DNA of 58,243 bases, counting the filler, from Sphacelaria rigidula (lineage: Eukaryota), in the NCBI GenBank assembly GCA_964200075.2. It is 7 parts of 7 records of this genome, joined end to end, with 100 filler letters (N's around TTAATTAATTAA, not from the genome) between each part and the next. Parts side by side here need not be neighbours in the genome. Positions count along the whole stretch, not along the records: positions 33,342 to 41,575 come from CAXNAA020011831.1; positions 41,676 to 49,909 come from CAXNAA020011832.1; 5 more parts are not named here. One strand, given 5' to 3'. A program made the position numbers and the translations under genes. Below the pieces are notes generated by a model. The model worked only from the letters and a program-made list of their open reading frames with translations. It was not told where the DNA came from and made no database searches. Position 1 is the first letter of the stretch. Every line of letters starts with the position of its first letter. Below, piece by piece: positions 37,496 through 48,662 of this stretch.

Positions 37496-40400
37496 TTATG
37501 CGGCCACACTCTTGGCCCCCTCGTTACTCCCAGACTTTACGCCGTAGATGTCGTCGAGCGCCGGCCTGTTTTCGGGACTGAAGTCACGGCCGTCCAGCAT
37601 CTCCTTGCCTAGTCCCGGGAAACTGTCCACCTGCTCGAGTAGTGTTGCGGTCGAGGAGGTTAGCAGTTCAGCATCAGGGTTGGGGTTGATCGAATTATCG
37701 CGTACCGACCCAGCACCTTCGGTGAGCAGCCTCTTGACCATTTGACCGCGAGGGTAGGTCACCTACTGAATCGGCATCCATGTTTACTCGAAAAAAGTAC
37801 GCATGATCTAGATGGACTACCCGCACCGCGGTCCAAGGGTCAAAACAGATGAAAATATACGGGATGCATTATTCAGGGGTTGTCTTGAACGAACCGAATA
37901 CGACGGTTGTTTGCAGGAGTTCCTATGCGGAATCTCAAAAACCCTCATATCAAGCCAACAGTCTAGAGGCAGTATATGACTACAGTATAACACACAAGTA
38001 TCTGCAGGGAAACGAAACACCCGCTCGTTACAACAACAACGGCTCACGCTTGTCACTCCTTTGGCGCTAAAACGACGTTCACGCCCTGCGCCGTATCGTA
38101 GCATACGGTGCGCACAATTCTCAAGTAATATAATATTTCGCATTCATGCTACGTTCAACCCTTATTCTAATCTTCACTCGTCCTCGGAACGAACCCTTGG
38201 TCTCAAGGTAGACCAACTCATCTCTCCCTCGTCACACGGCTTGACATTTTGGAATCGCGGGTTGGGAACTTCACTCCTTCAGCGCGTCGACGCTCGTCAT
38301 ATCCTCTGTTGCGACGGGCGTCCATTTTCGAGCATACGGGCGAAAGCCACAGCACTGCAAATAACATATATATGTCGGGATCCGAACCCTAGCGGGCAAT
38401 TGGGGTTCAGTACCAGCTACACCACCGGGGCGCGGAGGCAGTCTGTGTGACTTGTACAAGTTATGGGTGATATTCGCCGTGTTCTACGACGCTCCACGTT
38501 GAGCCACGGTACCTTCGAACCACAGAGGTTCAACACGCATTCGTACCTGTACACCTGTCTCTCGCTACTAAACCCCCTGTTCCCCTTACACAGGATAAAG
38601 AATACGAGAGTACTGTCGTGAAACGACCTAGGGTTCACATCGAAGTCTCCCACGAACCCCACCAGTCAAGAGCACAGCGTAAATGCGCACCTGGATGATG
38701 ATCTCACGGCAAGCCTCCACTTCATCGATGAGAGCCTGCTCGTCCGCGGTGGGCTCACGCTTCTCGCGGCGCAGCTTCATCAAGATCTCGTCGGCCTTGA
38801 CGGCCTTCGGCAGCGTGGAATCGATGAGGGTCATCCTGGCCATGGGGTCCTTGCTGAGAAACAGATTTTCTTTGAACAAGGTGCGCACCTGTTGTGTCAA
38901 TAAAAATGTTTTTCTAATCTTAGTAGAATATCGTGTGCGGTCTCTGCGTACAACGCAACGACGTCCATTAGTCAGGAAGAAGATGAAAGTGCCAAGTCGG
39001 CAGGAAGGAAAAGAAGCAGGGAAAAGCTGAAGCAAAAGACTGCGGGGAGGGGGGAAGGGGAGGGATGCATATTTCGTCTTCACACCAGTACTGAGATGGC
39101 CAACCTAGCAGACCGTACAGAGGAGCAATACGTTGGAGGGGGGAGGGGATGACTGGATACAAACCCTCTCGAGCCTTACTGGATGTACGGAGGGATCAAG
39201 GACTAAAGTTTAGCCTGCTCGTTGCGAAGTGCTCCCGTGTTGCAAACAAAATAGCGTTGCTAACCGATATTGCGAACATGGCAAAAAAAAAACGGACGAA
39301 ATGCTAGCAGTCCACTACTCCGTGGTTTTTGACCCCTTGACTTCTTCAACAAGAAAACGACTCCGCATGTGGTCGCGGATCTCAAGGAGAAATGAAGCTC
39401 CGCTGAAACGTAACCTTAGTCAAGAAGCTTGATGGAAAATGTGTTGGTTGTGTACCACAGTACAGCTCGTTTCGCAAAAGCTAGGGGAAATGATTGAAGA
39501 ATAATGAGTGTTTTTCTCAGAGCTCGAAAATGGTTTATAACTGGCCATCATCATTATAATGGTAGTGATGGTAGTGGTTATATGAAAAAAATTGAATAAT
39601 GGTTTCAAACCATTATTTACCGTTACCGACTTTAAAAGCCGTTACCGGCTACGTTTGCTACATACAGCCCTTGAAAATTGGCCCAACTTTGAAGGATTTT
39701 TTAGCTCTAGTGAAGCCAAACCGCGTAAAAGCGTATTGCGCTACGCGTGACCATTCAACTGGTTGATGGTCAGATAAACTATCATCGAGCTCTAGTTATT
39801 CTAGCTTCTTCTAGTGTTGCACCGAGGTTGCACCCAACACACACAGTAATGCACACAAAGCGCAACAAGGTAAACAACAAGCACGAGAAAACAAGAGCAA
39901 CCGAATGAAAAACATCCATCGGGCGAAGGAGATAAAAAGTATATCAAGTAACAACCTTTAAAAAAGCTTCACGTCATAGCCCGAAACCCATCACTACTCG
40001 TTGATGAGTCAACCCTCTGCAACTCGAAGGTAGCAAAACGACTGACACTTGCACGCGGCGGTCGGAGGTTCACCTCTGTGTCTGTAGATATGAGCTGCGA
40101 CACCTCCTGGGTGAGCGTGTCGGAAGGCGGGGAGTAGCATCGGCCGGTGGGGAAGGCCACCCCACGCATTGCCAGAGCGAGCGTCTTGATGGGGAAGTTG
40201 GCAAAAATGCCGAAGAACGCATCTTCGATGTCCGCCAAAGTGCGCTGGGTCGTGATGCGAAAACAAAACAAAACAAAATCGAGATACCGAGTGTATTGAT
40301 AAAAGTTTGCGTGCTTTTAGCTGTGACAATACGGAGAAACAAGGGAAATGAGTGGCTTGTTTGTTGCCCGTACATCGATGTGTATGTGTACGTCTCGAGG

Positions 40401-41053
40401 GAGGAGAAGCTGGGGGGGGGGTTAGCGGGGCATGTCTACGTGGGTGCTTTGTTGTTCGAGAGAGGGACAAGAGTACAAGAAATCACAGGGTGGCAGCGCA
40501 AGAACTATGATCAATTCATAAGCGACGATTTCCGCATCAAGTGTTTTGCGTTTTGCCTTTGATATGCATATATGTATATATTACGAAAGTACAGCAGCAA
40601 CAATGGAAAATACAAATAGACGAAATGGTTACAGAAACAACAACAAAAATGCCGTGCATCTAGTCTTGTGTTGTTAGAACGAAGCCACACGAAAACAGAG
40701 TCAGCGTTCTTCAACACAAAGGACAGGTATACTGTAGAGTACAGTATGTATACCAGTATTTGCGAACACGCCGTGTATTACACCAGAAAACCAGAACAAA
40801 AAAGCGAGCACGAAAAATGAACGCCGCAAGGGGTGACAAGTACGCATATTTACCCAAACGAGCGGCTAGTGGTGGGGGGGGGGGGTCAACGACACATGAG
40901 AGATACACAGAAACCACATACCTGCATGGCGAAGTCAGTGATCTTGTCGATGCCCTTCACGTCCTTCTGATGGGCAGAGTACCAGAGCGTGGAGTACCCC
41001 AAGAACAAACCGCTCAGGACGTCCGCGTATCTCCCCGACAGCATTTCCGCGAA
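37496..41053 (-). CDS. 3' part of a FadE-type acyl-CoA dehydrogenase. Exons 40922-41053, 40074-40244, 38691-38888, 37496-37630
   Basis: Four phase-0 exons: FAEMLSGRYADVLSGLFLGYSTLWY../RTLADIEDAFFGIFANFPIKTLALAMRGVAFPTGRCYSPPSD../VRTLFKENLFLSKDP..EVEACREIIIQ/VDSFPGL..AA*. This matches the C-terminal DUF1974-type region of bacterial-like FadE (SxRxxDxLS, NFP, FPxG..PSD, VDxF). Confidence 0.88.
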
Positions 41054-41518
41054 CTTGTGCAATGGATGTCAATAAAGCGATGTGGAGTAAAAGGGTTTAG
41101 TGGGGGGCTCGAAGTAACATATAAGTCTGTGAAAATTGCAAATTGCTCTTTGGCGGAACATGGGGTCCCTCGTCGAAGATCCGCCTCGTGGATGAAGAAA
41201 ATATTGCGCCCAACAAGGATTGTACGCTAGGAAAAGTCCACGGTCGAGTTTCCCTACAACTATTTTCCCTCGTACTGTTACCATTACCATTACTACCACC
41301 ACTACTGCACCTGCCTTGCCATCCATTTTTTTTTCGTCAAGATTGAATCGGCACTTTCTCCCTTAGCCCGTGGACGTCCACCAGATATCCTCGTCAACTC
41401 ACGTCCTTACGCTTCCCACGACGGAGACCAATAAAATAAACCACGACTCTCAAAGTTCCACGACCCACTACTGCTGCTCCGCCCAAACTGGCGGATCATG
41501 TTGCCACTTCAACGGAGG

Positions 41519-41900
41519 GGGGTGTACTCATGATCATGCATGCCATAGTCATAAGACCATTGACCTCGCATCCCTNNNNNNNNNNNNNNNNNNNNNNNNN
41601 NNNNNNNNNNNNNNNNNNNTTAATTAATTAANNNNNNNNNNNNNNNNNNNNNNNNNNNNNNNNNNNNNNNNNNNNAAAAGTGCCTGCACGTATCTGACGG
41701 CAAGAACGTGTCGGAGGGGGGGGGCGAGGGGGGGGGAGGGGTACTCATGATCTTGCATGCCATACTCATAAGACCAATGACCTCGCATCCCTACAAAGCT
41801 GGGACGGAGCACTCAGGGTTTTCGCCGGACCAGGCTCGTAGTCAATCACTAGGCGCGAAGCGCCATGGTGCGCTCGGCGAGTCGCATGAACGGGCTAGAC
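41519..41900 (+). repeat. GTACTCAT repeat, variant B (copies 41519-41575, about 41730-41900, about 46150-46220, reverse about 49575-49687)
   Basis: G-run followed by gtactcatgatcatgcatgccatagtcataagaccattgacctcgcatccctacaaagc. The first two copies are on different contigs. Confidence 0.8.
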
Positions 41901-42224
41901 GGGGGGGAGGAGGGGGGGGAGAATAGAAGAAGAACTCTAAAAGCTGGAAACAAAAAAAGGGGATCGGCGTATAATAACGCTTTCAACGCGTTTGGCGAAT
42001 TTATCGGCTAAAAAGTAGGACAAGTATTCACCATGCTTGGACGGGCAATCATCGCAAGTCTGCAATGGACTGTCTTCATCCTGAACTTTGGAATTCCAAA
42101 AGGGTTAATCCTCCGCGCGGTGAAATCATCACTTTCGGCAGAGGAATTGGAAACAACAAAACGCGACCACAACACAAACGATGAACACACAATTTACGCA
42201 AAAAGCAAGCAAAACAAACGCAGC

Positions 42225-42277
42225 AAACAACAACAAGAACAACAACAGCAGCAGCAGCAGCAGCAGCAGCAACAACA
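42225..42277. repeat. (CAA/CAG)n microsatellite, intronic
   Basis: Read directly from the sequence. Confidence 0.9.
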
Positions 42278-42286
42278 TTAGGTCAC

Positions 42287-43482
42287 CTCGCTCCTGCCCT
42301 CTGCCTAATCGGAAGCGTCACGACGGGGGTTCCCAAGGCCAAGGCGTCAACGGCCGGGTGCAGATTGCCCACAGGGAACGGATCCAAAATTACATCCGCC
42401 CCACCCAGCAAGGAAAAGTAGTCTCGGGAGTCGAGAGGAGGGAAAAGATGCAGCCGCCTGAGTTGGTTGTTGTCGAGGGCGGGATGGGGCACGGCCGGGA
42501 GGGTAAATAGAGAAGAGGGGTAAGGGCCTACGAACCGAAGATGAAATGTAAAAAAAAAAAGAGAGAGAGAGACAATGAGGTGATTGACATTTTCTGGATG
42601 GTTACCGTCTACGCATTTTACTGCTGTTTTCGGTGTTTTGGTTTTTTTTCGGGACAGCGGTGGCTGTATCCCCGAACAACACTCTCTGACAGCGATTCAT
42701 TTACTCGGCTAACGCATGGACACAAACATGTTTTCAACATTGATCGACCAAGGACTGAACTCCGTTGCATATTCGTTGGTGTTGATTGATCCTCTTGCTT
42801 GGGGGTAAAAATCGAAGTGGAGAACCCACCGAAAACGCAGATAAAAGGTACTGCGTACACGTAGATTGATGATGTGATCATGGACTAGTACAGTATTGTA
42901 TCATATAATAGCCTAGCCTTCTTCTACAGAGAGAAAAAAACACCATGGTTTTGAGATTTTTTTCAGAGCGGTAACGTGCCAGCAAACTGGCGAATATGAT
43001 ATAATATTTTTATTATTATTCGTGCCATTTATCAACATCATTCATCATTTATCAATACTACGATTATCATTATATTTGATCAATACATTACTATTGATAT
43101 TATTAATGCTATCAGTATTATTATCATCATTTTTACGATCATCCTTTTTATTTTTTCCCGCACATCAGGCGTTTCTCTCTAACCCGTGGTCAAAGACGTA
43201 GGCTCGTCTTTCCAGTACCGTCACTACTATTCCCTCCCTCACACGAGAAAAGAATCGGAAAACAGGATGGTACATTAACCACGGGCGCATGATCCTAAAT
43301 GAGTCGGGCAACCGTACCGAATTTTGGCGCCGAGTCGCCAAGCCAAGCGCTTCCTCAGTTTCTCCGTCCACCGTGGGGCCGCGCCGTACTGCAAAGCATC
43401 ATACTGATAAAACCCGCGCTCCGTGCCAACCGCCTCCCCAGCTGTTTCTTCGACAGCAACGACCACATGAATCCGGGGGTCC
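42287..43482 (-). CDS. Two internal exons (43318-43482, 42287-42457) of a glycosyltransferase family 41 (OGT/SPINDLY-like) protein
   Basis: Phase-2 junctions give DPRIHVVVAVEE..PRWTEKLRKRLAWRLGAKIR/RLHLFPPLDSRDYFSLLGGADVILDPFPVGNLHPAVDALALGTPVVTLP; ADVxLDxFP..ALxxGxPVVTLP is the GT41 C-terminal motif. Confidence 0.8.
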
Positions 43483-43699
43483 CTGGTGGTGAAGGGCGGA
43501 GGGGGCAAGGGGGGGGGGGTCCATATATCTAGCTTCAAAAGTGTTCGACATATGGCCGAGGCTGTCGGGAATGTATGTGCACCACCGCCCTTGAATATAT
43601 TACTGCTGCTGCTGCTGCTGCTGCCGGATCACGGATTAAGGCATCGGTTGTAAGAGGGATGGCTGGGGGCGGAGAGCGATGGCGGGGGCGGAGAGCGGT

Positions 43700-43890
43700 G
43701 GAGGGCGTACTCTTTTGTTCAGTGTCTTGGTCATTTTACCATTGACCACGCATCCCGTTCGAGACGGAGCACGGTTTCTACTCCTAGAACAGACACCTCC
43801 AGCAGTTTGGGCGCACATTACGTTTCTTCCGTACATGACACAAGAAAGTGATTTACATATATTGTACCCTTTTGTTTCGCCGTCTGTGGT
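43700..43890 (-). repeat. GTACTCAT repeat, variant A (other copies about 8935-9008, 32350-32470, 49370-49570, 49700-49775, 49785-49870)
   Basis: Shared cgtctcgaaagggatgcgtggtcaatggtcaaacgactaaggcaagcaacaaatgagtacg followed by a C-run. Confidence 0.85.
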
Positions 43891-43903
43891 CATCATCCAT
43901 CTT

Positions 43904-46900
43904 CTATAACAGTAAAGCGACCATTTTCTCGCTACTATCTAGGGTACCAAACGATATCATGTCATCTTCCTGTACTTCGCACATTTCCCACCCTAATCCG
44001 TCCTTGGGTGAGGATAGGGGGAGTATCTGAAATCTCATCGGAACAGAAATGAAACGTCTGCACGCGGGCGACAGAAGTGCTTCAAATCCAGCTTGCGAGC
44101 GAAATTGACGGTTTCCATGCTCCATCGTCAGTGCGGTCAATCGAATGCCCACGCAAACGACGCGCCATTTCCGCCATGCTTCCCAAGATATGCAGCCATT
44201 TATATCGAGGTCCATGTCCCCCGCAGCAGTTCTATCAGCAGCGAAGCATGCATCGGAAACAGGTTGGTGGTACGCGGCATATTTTCTTTGTTTTTCTGCG
44301 ACACACTTTCGACTTCTCGCCTCCTCCTCGGTTCGAGTCCGTGGTCTCAAGGGATCGATCAACTCATCTCTCCCCCGGGACGACATGATAAAAACACGCT
44401 GCACGGTTTGGTACATCTCTAGGCCCGAAGCTCATGAGAAACAATGTTTTCGTGAGATTGAGAGTCGAGGGTACGATTGAGAGTGAAAAGCGGTCGATTC
44501 GCGAATGAACCGTTTCACTACCGAAACGCCCTTGCACGAGGTCCGACATGATTTCTGCTGTAGCTTGCCACTGAAGCCCTTGATATCCCTGCGTAGGATA
44601 TCGACGTGTAGCTGTAAGTAAGCACACGCCAGTGATACAGGCAAACAGAAACACATACAAAGTGAAAAATTGGCCAAGTTGAAGCGAATGATGAAAGCCG
44701 CTGTCGATCAGCGCTCTACTCTCAATCTCTCGAAAACATTTTCAAGAGTAGGGCGTCGCGTGCACTCCCCCAAGTTGACAGTTTTTTTTGTGGGTTCAGC
44801 TCCCACACTGCCTTGAGCAAAGCTTTCAAGGCCAGGTGGGGTATGGTATACCCAGTACTCGGTATTTTGAAAATTCACACTGTTAGTACCCCCAAACATT
44901 TGGGTAGAGTATTGAGATCGTACCCCATCTACCCAAACAAAGTATGTTTTTAGATTATACCCAACATACCCAAATTTTCGGTAGAGTACTAAGGTCATAC
45001 CCAAGTGACACTCTACACTCAAGTATTACCAAGACTATTTACCCAATGTTTGGGTAAAGTATTTTGAGGCCGTACCCAACCTACCCAAAAAATGGGGAAA
45101 GTGTTTGAGGTCATACTCTAAATCAACGATTCGTCTGGAAATTACTTGGTTTTAGTATAATGAATCGACTCGTGACGAATCAATCCCCGGGCTTTATTTC
45201 AGCGNNNNNNNNNNAAAAGTTGCGTGGATACCCCTTGGACCAGCGATCAATTTTTTTCTCCCTTCTGGGCAATCAGGCCCAAGAGAGAATGAATTTCGTG
45301 ATTTTGAGTCGTGATGATTTGTCCTAGCCGTGTACTGTATACTCCGATATTGCTGAAGGTACTTACCCGAAATTTGGGTAGAGTATTTGAGGTCGTACCC
45401 AATCTACCCAAATTTTGGGTAGAGTATTTGACGCCGTACCCAATCTACCCAAGCCTTGGGTGCAGTGAATACCCGGGTATATTACCCTACCCGACCTGCC
45501 CTTGAAAGCTTTCCGAACAGCCGAGGGGCCTACCCGATATGACTGCCGAGAGGCGGTCTAGCCGAGCCTCGGGGTAATCGGAACACGAACCCGTTAGCGG
45601 GGCAAGTGCTGGGTGAAGTTTCCTCTTTGCTTGAAGGAAGAAGAAAAAAATCGTTACGGTTCGAATTGGATCAGGATCAGCACTCTCGAAGTGCGCCGCC
45701 TCTCGTCAGAAAAAAAAAAAATGTAGTCCGCTTCTCAAGTCCTCGAGTTTCCAACGACGGAAGAAGAATCAGACATTTTCTCAGAAAAAAAAAAAAAATG
45801 CTATTGGAACCCGCGTTCCTCCACCTTAAAATGCCGCCGCCACGCCTCGGTGGTCTAGGGTGGAGAGAACGTGAGTTCGATTCCCGATGCGTTGGATTTT
45901 TTCTTTTGAGTCATGCCGCGATAGCCACCCCCCATAAACGTGGCTAGTTGTAGTTTTAGGAGGCAATATCTATACGTAATCCATTACTTCGTATGACGAA
46001 AGTCGACCACGCCGAGCAACTGGGAACTCCCATGCATGCGGTCGTTTTCGCCAAATGTCGCCCATACACTAGGCTTCGTCAAGTCTGAAACCAGCTTTCG
46101 TGTGCTGAATGGTCAGTTTTTTCGTGAGAGTTTTGGGGCTGATATGGGGAGGGGGGGGGTGTACTCATGATCATGCATGCCAAAGTCATCAGACCATAGA
46201 CCTCGCATCCCTACAAAGCCGGTAGGGGGGGGTGTCCCAGCATCACTCTTCCAGGTATTCTGATTTCCACAGTTGAAAGCGTGAGCACGTGACTTGACCG
46301 AAACAATGTTTGAGTTTGTTCGACGAGCGTTGATGCGGTGCGGGAGTGCTGATGGTCATGATCCAATTCGCGAGACCAAAATGCGAGGCGTGTACCGGGG
46401 AGAGATGGATTGATCCCTTGACACCGCGGACTCGTCCTGAGGAAGGGGAAAGTGTGACATACACACACAAAAAAAATGCAGAGGTACTTGTACCGAATGC
46501 AATATTACAACGGATATGATGTACAGTAGAGAGACACAGACAGGTCTCGAGACGAGCGACTTCCAGCAAGACTTCGCGCTGATAAGGGATGTTTGCTTCT
46601 ATGTGCGTGGCAAACATGAAGAATAACCAGCTGCATGCCGACCTTAAATGAATAAAATAATAATGTCCACAGAGAGCCTGCCTCAAGCCCCGAAGGTGTA
46701 CCTAAATTGTACAACGATGCCCCGACGGACGTAAAAAAGTTATTTGGCTCGGGAAAAAAACATGCCAATATATATATATATATATATATCAAATCCTCCC
46801 GCCCGCAAACGAGCCTATTGTTTCGAAATTCTTGGCCGGTCATTTCCATTTTTCTCCTTTTTGATCGTCTTTCGTTTTTTTCTTTTCCCTTTTTTCTCCT

Positions 46901-47427
46901 GTTCTTTTCTTCGTATACTCTGTCTATTCTACCTTTTTTTCTCTTTTTTATCCTTCACTTTTATTCAGCGAGTGTTTCCCATTTTGTTCTCGTCTCGGGT
47001 ACGTCCATCATGTGGATAATGACCACGGCTGGATCATGACTCCTGGGGGATCAGTTAAAGTGCGACAATCAATCAATCATTTTCTAAAAGTGACCTCATT
47101 TATTCGCGGTTACTGTGCGAAACGAGGGAGGCGTATCTGCAAGCAAGGTCACACATGCTTTCGACAAAACAAAGTCTGTACGTTCCTTCTTCTTTTCCTT
47201 ATTTTTTGTTTTCGGTCGACCATTTCTTTCTGTACTTTGCTTGTGTTGACTTTTTTTTTTTATTAATTTTTTTGTCACGACTTCGTCTGCTGTGTCGTTC
47301 TGTTCGACTTTTTTTGTTTTTGTTTCTGTTCCTTCTTTTCTTCAGAGCGTGTTTCAGTTTCGTTTTCCTTGGGTACGTACGTCCAACATGACCACGGCTG
47401 GACCCCTGGGGGGTCAGTTAAAGTGCG

Positions 47428-47468
<41 letters not shown>

Positions 47469-48662
47469 TGAATGAGCGACCACAGGCCTAAAAAAATAAG
47501 AAGGAAAAAAACGGCACTACCTTTTTTTTGTGTTTGTGCGAATCTTGATACCGACTGCTACTACTTTTCAGCGAAATTATGGGTCACACGTTTCTGTGGT
47601 TTCCAAAAGGAGCGGAAGAGTTCAAGGACACGTGGCGACGCGAAGACAAACCAGAATCGGACCGCCGTCAAAAACGAGAGACTGCTGCGTCGAGGGCCGC
47701 CAATCGAAGAATCCTGTCTGCTCATATCGGATGTTGATTGTGTCCTTGTTCGGTCGCTCTGCGGTACCCCCTGGTGTCTGTTTGTATCTGCTCTGCTGCC
47801 CTGAACTTTTCGGGCTTCCACCACTCCTGTAGTCGTTTTCTCTGTTCTCCCTTTCCCCCATTTCTCCGTATACTTCCTTTGTGGCACAAGTAAAGTCCGT
47901 CATGGGAGACAGATCGTATATCGCCAACGGAGTTGCCCACGATGCTGTAGCTAGGTTTCTTGAAAAGCTGTTCATGTGCTGATGCTCGCTCAAAAAGAAA
48001 AAAACTGAGCCGAAATTACTGAGAATTAGTGGGTCAAACATGGCCAAATTTCGACCAAATTTCGCCAATCTGTACGGTGTCGACCGAATTTCGACGAATT
48101 TGGCTTGTTTTGAAGTAATTGGAGGCTGCAATGTAAACAAGTGGTTTCCGACTAGGCGTAGCTATCGTATGCCAGCGATGAACCGGAGAAAAATAGCCAG
48201 TTATAGTCTTTTTCGCGATATTTTGCCGTTTTTCGGGTTGCCAGGGTTCTTCTCTGTGTTATGGAAAAGGGGCGAAACACGGCCATTTTGGGGTCGACTG
48301 ATCGTTTATCGGCCATTCGTGCGTGCTGGCTGCTGCGCAAACATGAAAAGAAAAAGACGCGATTCAACACAAGAAATCCCGAAGATTAAAAAAAAAATCG
48401 CCGACGGCATTGGACACGGTTAAGGGTCCGTGTGATCACAACGGACTTTACTTATGGTACAGAGGAAGTATGTGTTTTTCCCTACCAGTGTATGGCAGAG
48501 TAGTGTGGTACCTCGCTTCATTGTGTTTGTTCATGAGAGAGGGGTCCATACCCTGAATAGAGCGGTCGTAGCAGATGGGCCACAATCGTTCCCTTTTCCA
48601 CGGCCTTTTGTTTTCTACGATTGGACATGAGTGCGGTTATGCGCAAGATCTTTTCCGCCAAG
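43904..48662 (-). CDS. Six-exon 3' part of an unknown gene (possibly decaying). Exons 48552-48662, 47874-47967, 46494-46578, 45988-46084, 44522-44611, 43904-44231
   Basis: All five introns are GT-AG and the phases chain (2,0,1,2,2) into one stop-free frame of about 267 aa: LAEKILRITALM..RPLYSG/FSRNLATASW..CATKE/REVLLEVARLETCLC..NIAF/DLTKPSVW..DFRHT/NYTSISY..ARAFR/TAAGDMDLDINGCISWEAWRKW..MVALLL*. Exons were picked by eye; no family recognised. Confidence 0.5.
44819..45512. mobile_element. MITE with AAAGCTTTCAAGG termini and internal tacccaa subrepeats, containing a nested repeat (about 45121-45332)
   Basis: aaagctttcaaggccaggtggggtatggtataccc pairs with gggtatattaccctacccgacctgcccttgaaagcttt; repeated tacccaa/ttgggta units inside. 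Confidence 0.8.
46255..46476 (+). mobile_element. 5'-truncated copy of the tRNA-derived SINE (other fragments about 29400-29480, 38150-38280, 44285-44380, 45640-45910)
   Basis: Reverse complement of the SINE body at 56104-56320: gcggtgcgggagtgctgat..gagaccaaaatg..gtaccggggagagatgg..gatcccttga.accgcggactc.tcc, ending in an A-rich tail. Confidence 0.75.
46830..47830. mobile_element. Cluster of LINE 3'-tail fragments ending in (CAAT)n (+ 46830-47080, + 47200-47467, - about 47480-47830; another at 48700-48952)
   Basis: gggtacgt..atgaccacggctgga..ctggggg.tcagttaaagtgcgacaatcaatcaatc matches the tails of both long LINEs. Confidence 0.8.

Noticed and set aside
42033..42281. Poly-Q protein ORF on the + strand
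   Set aside because: A microsatellite in the intron of the minus-strand GT41 gene.
37496..43482. GT41-FadE fusion gene on the minus strand
   Set aside because: The two exon sets are separated by the 41576-41675 spacer and belong to unrelated contigs.
45845..46476. Single SINE split by an insertion (head at about 45845-45910, body at 46255-46476)
   Set aside because: The intervening sequence includes a phase-consistent candidate exon and no TSD is visible; two independent fragments are equally likely.
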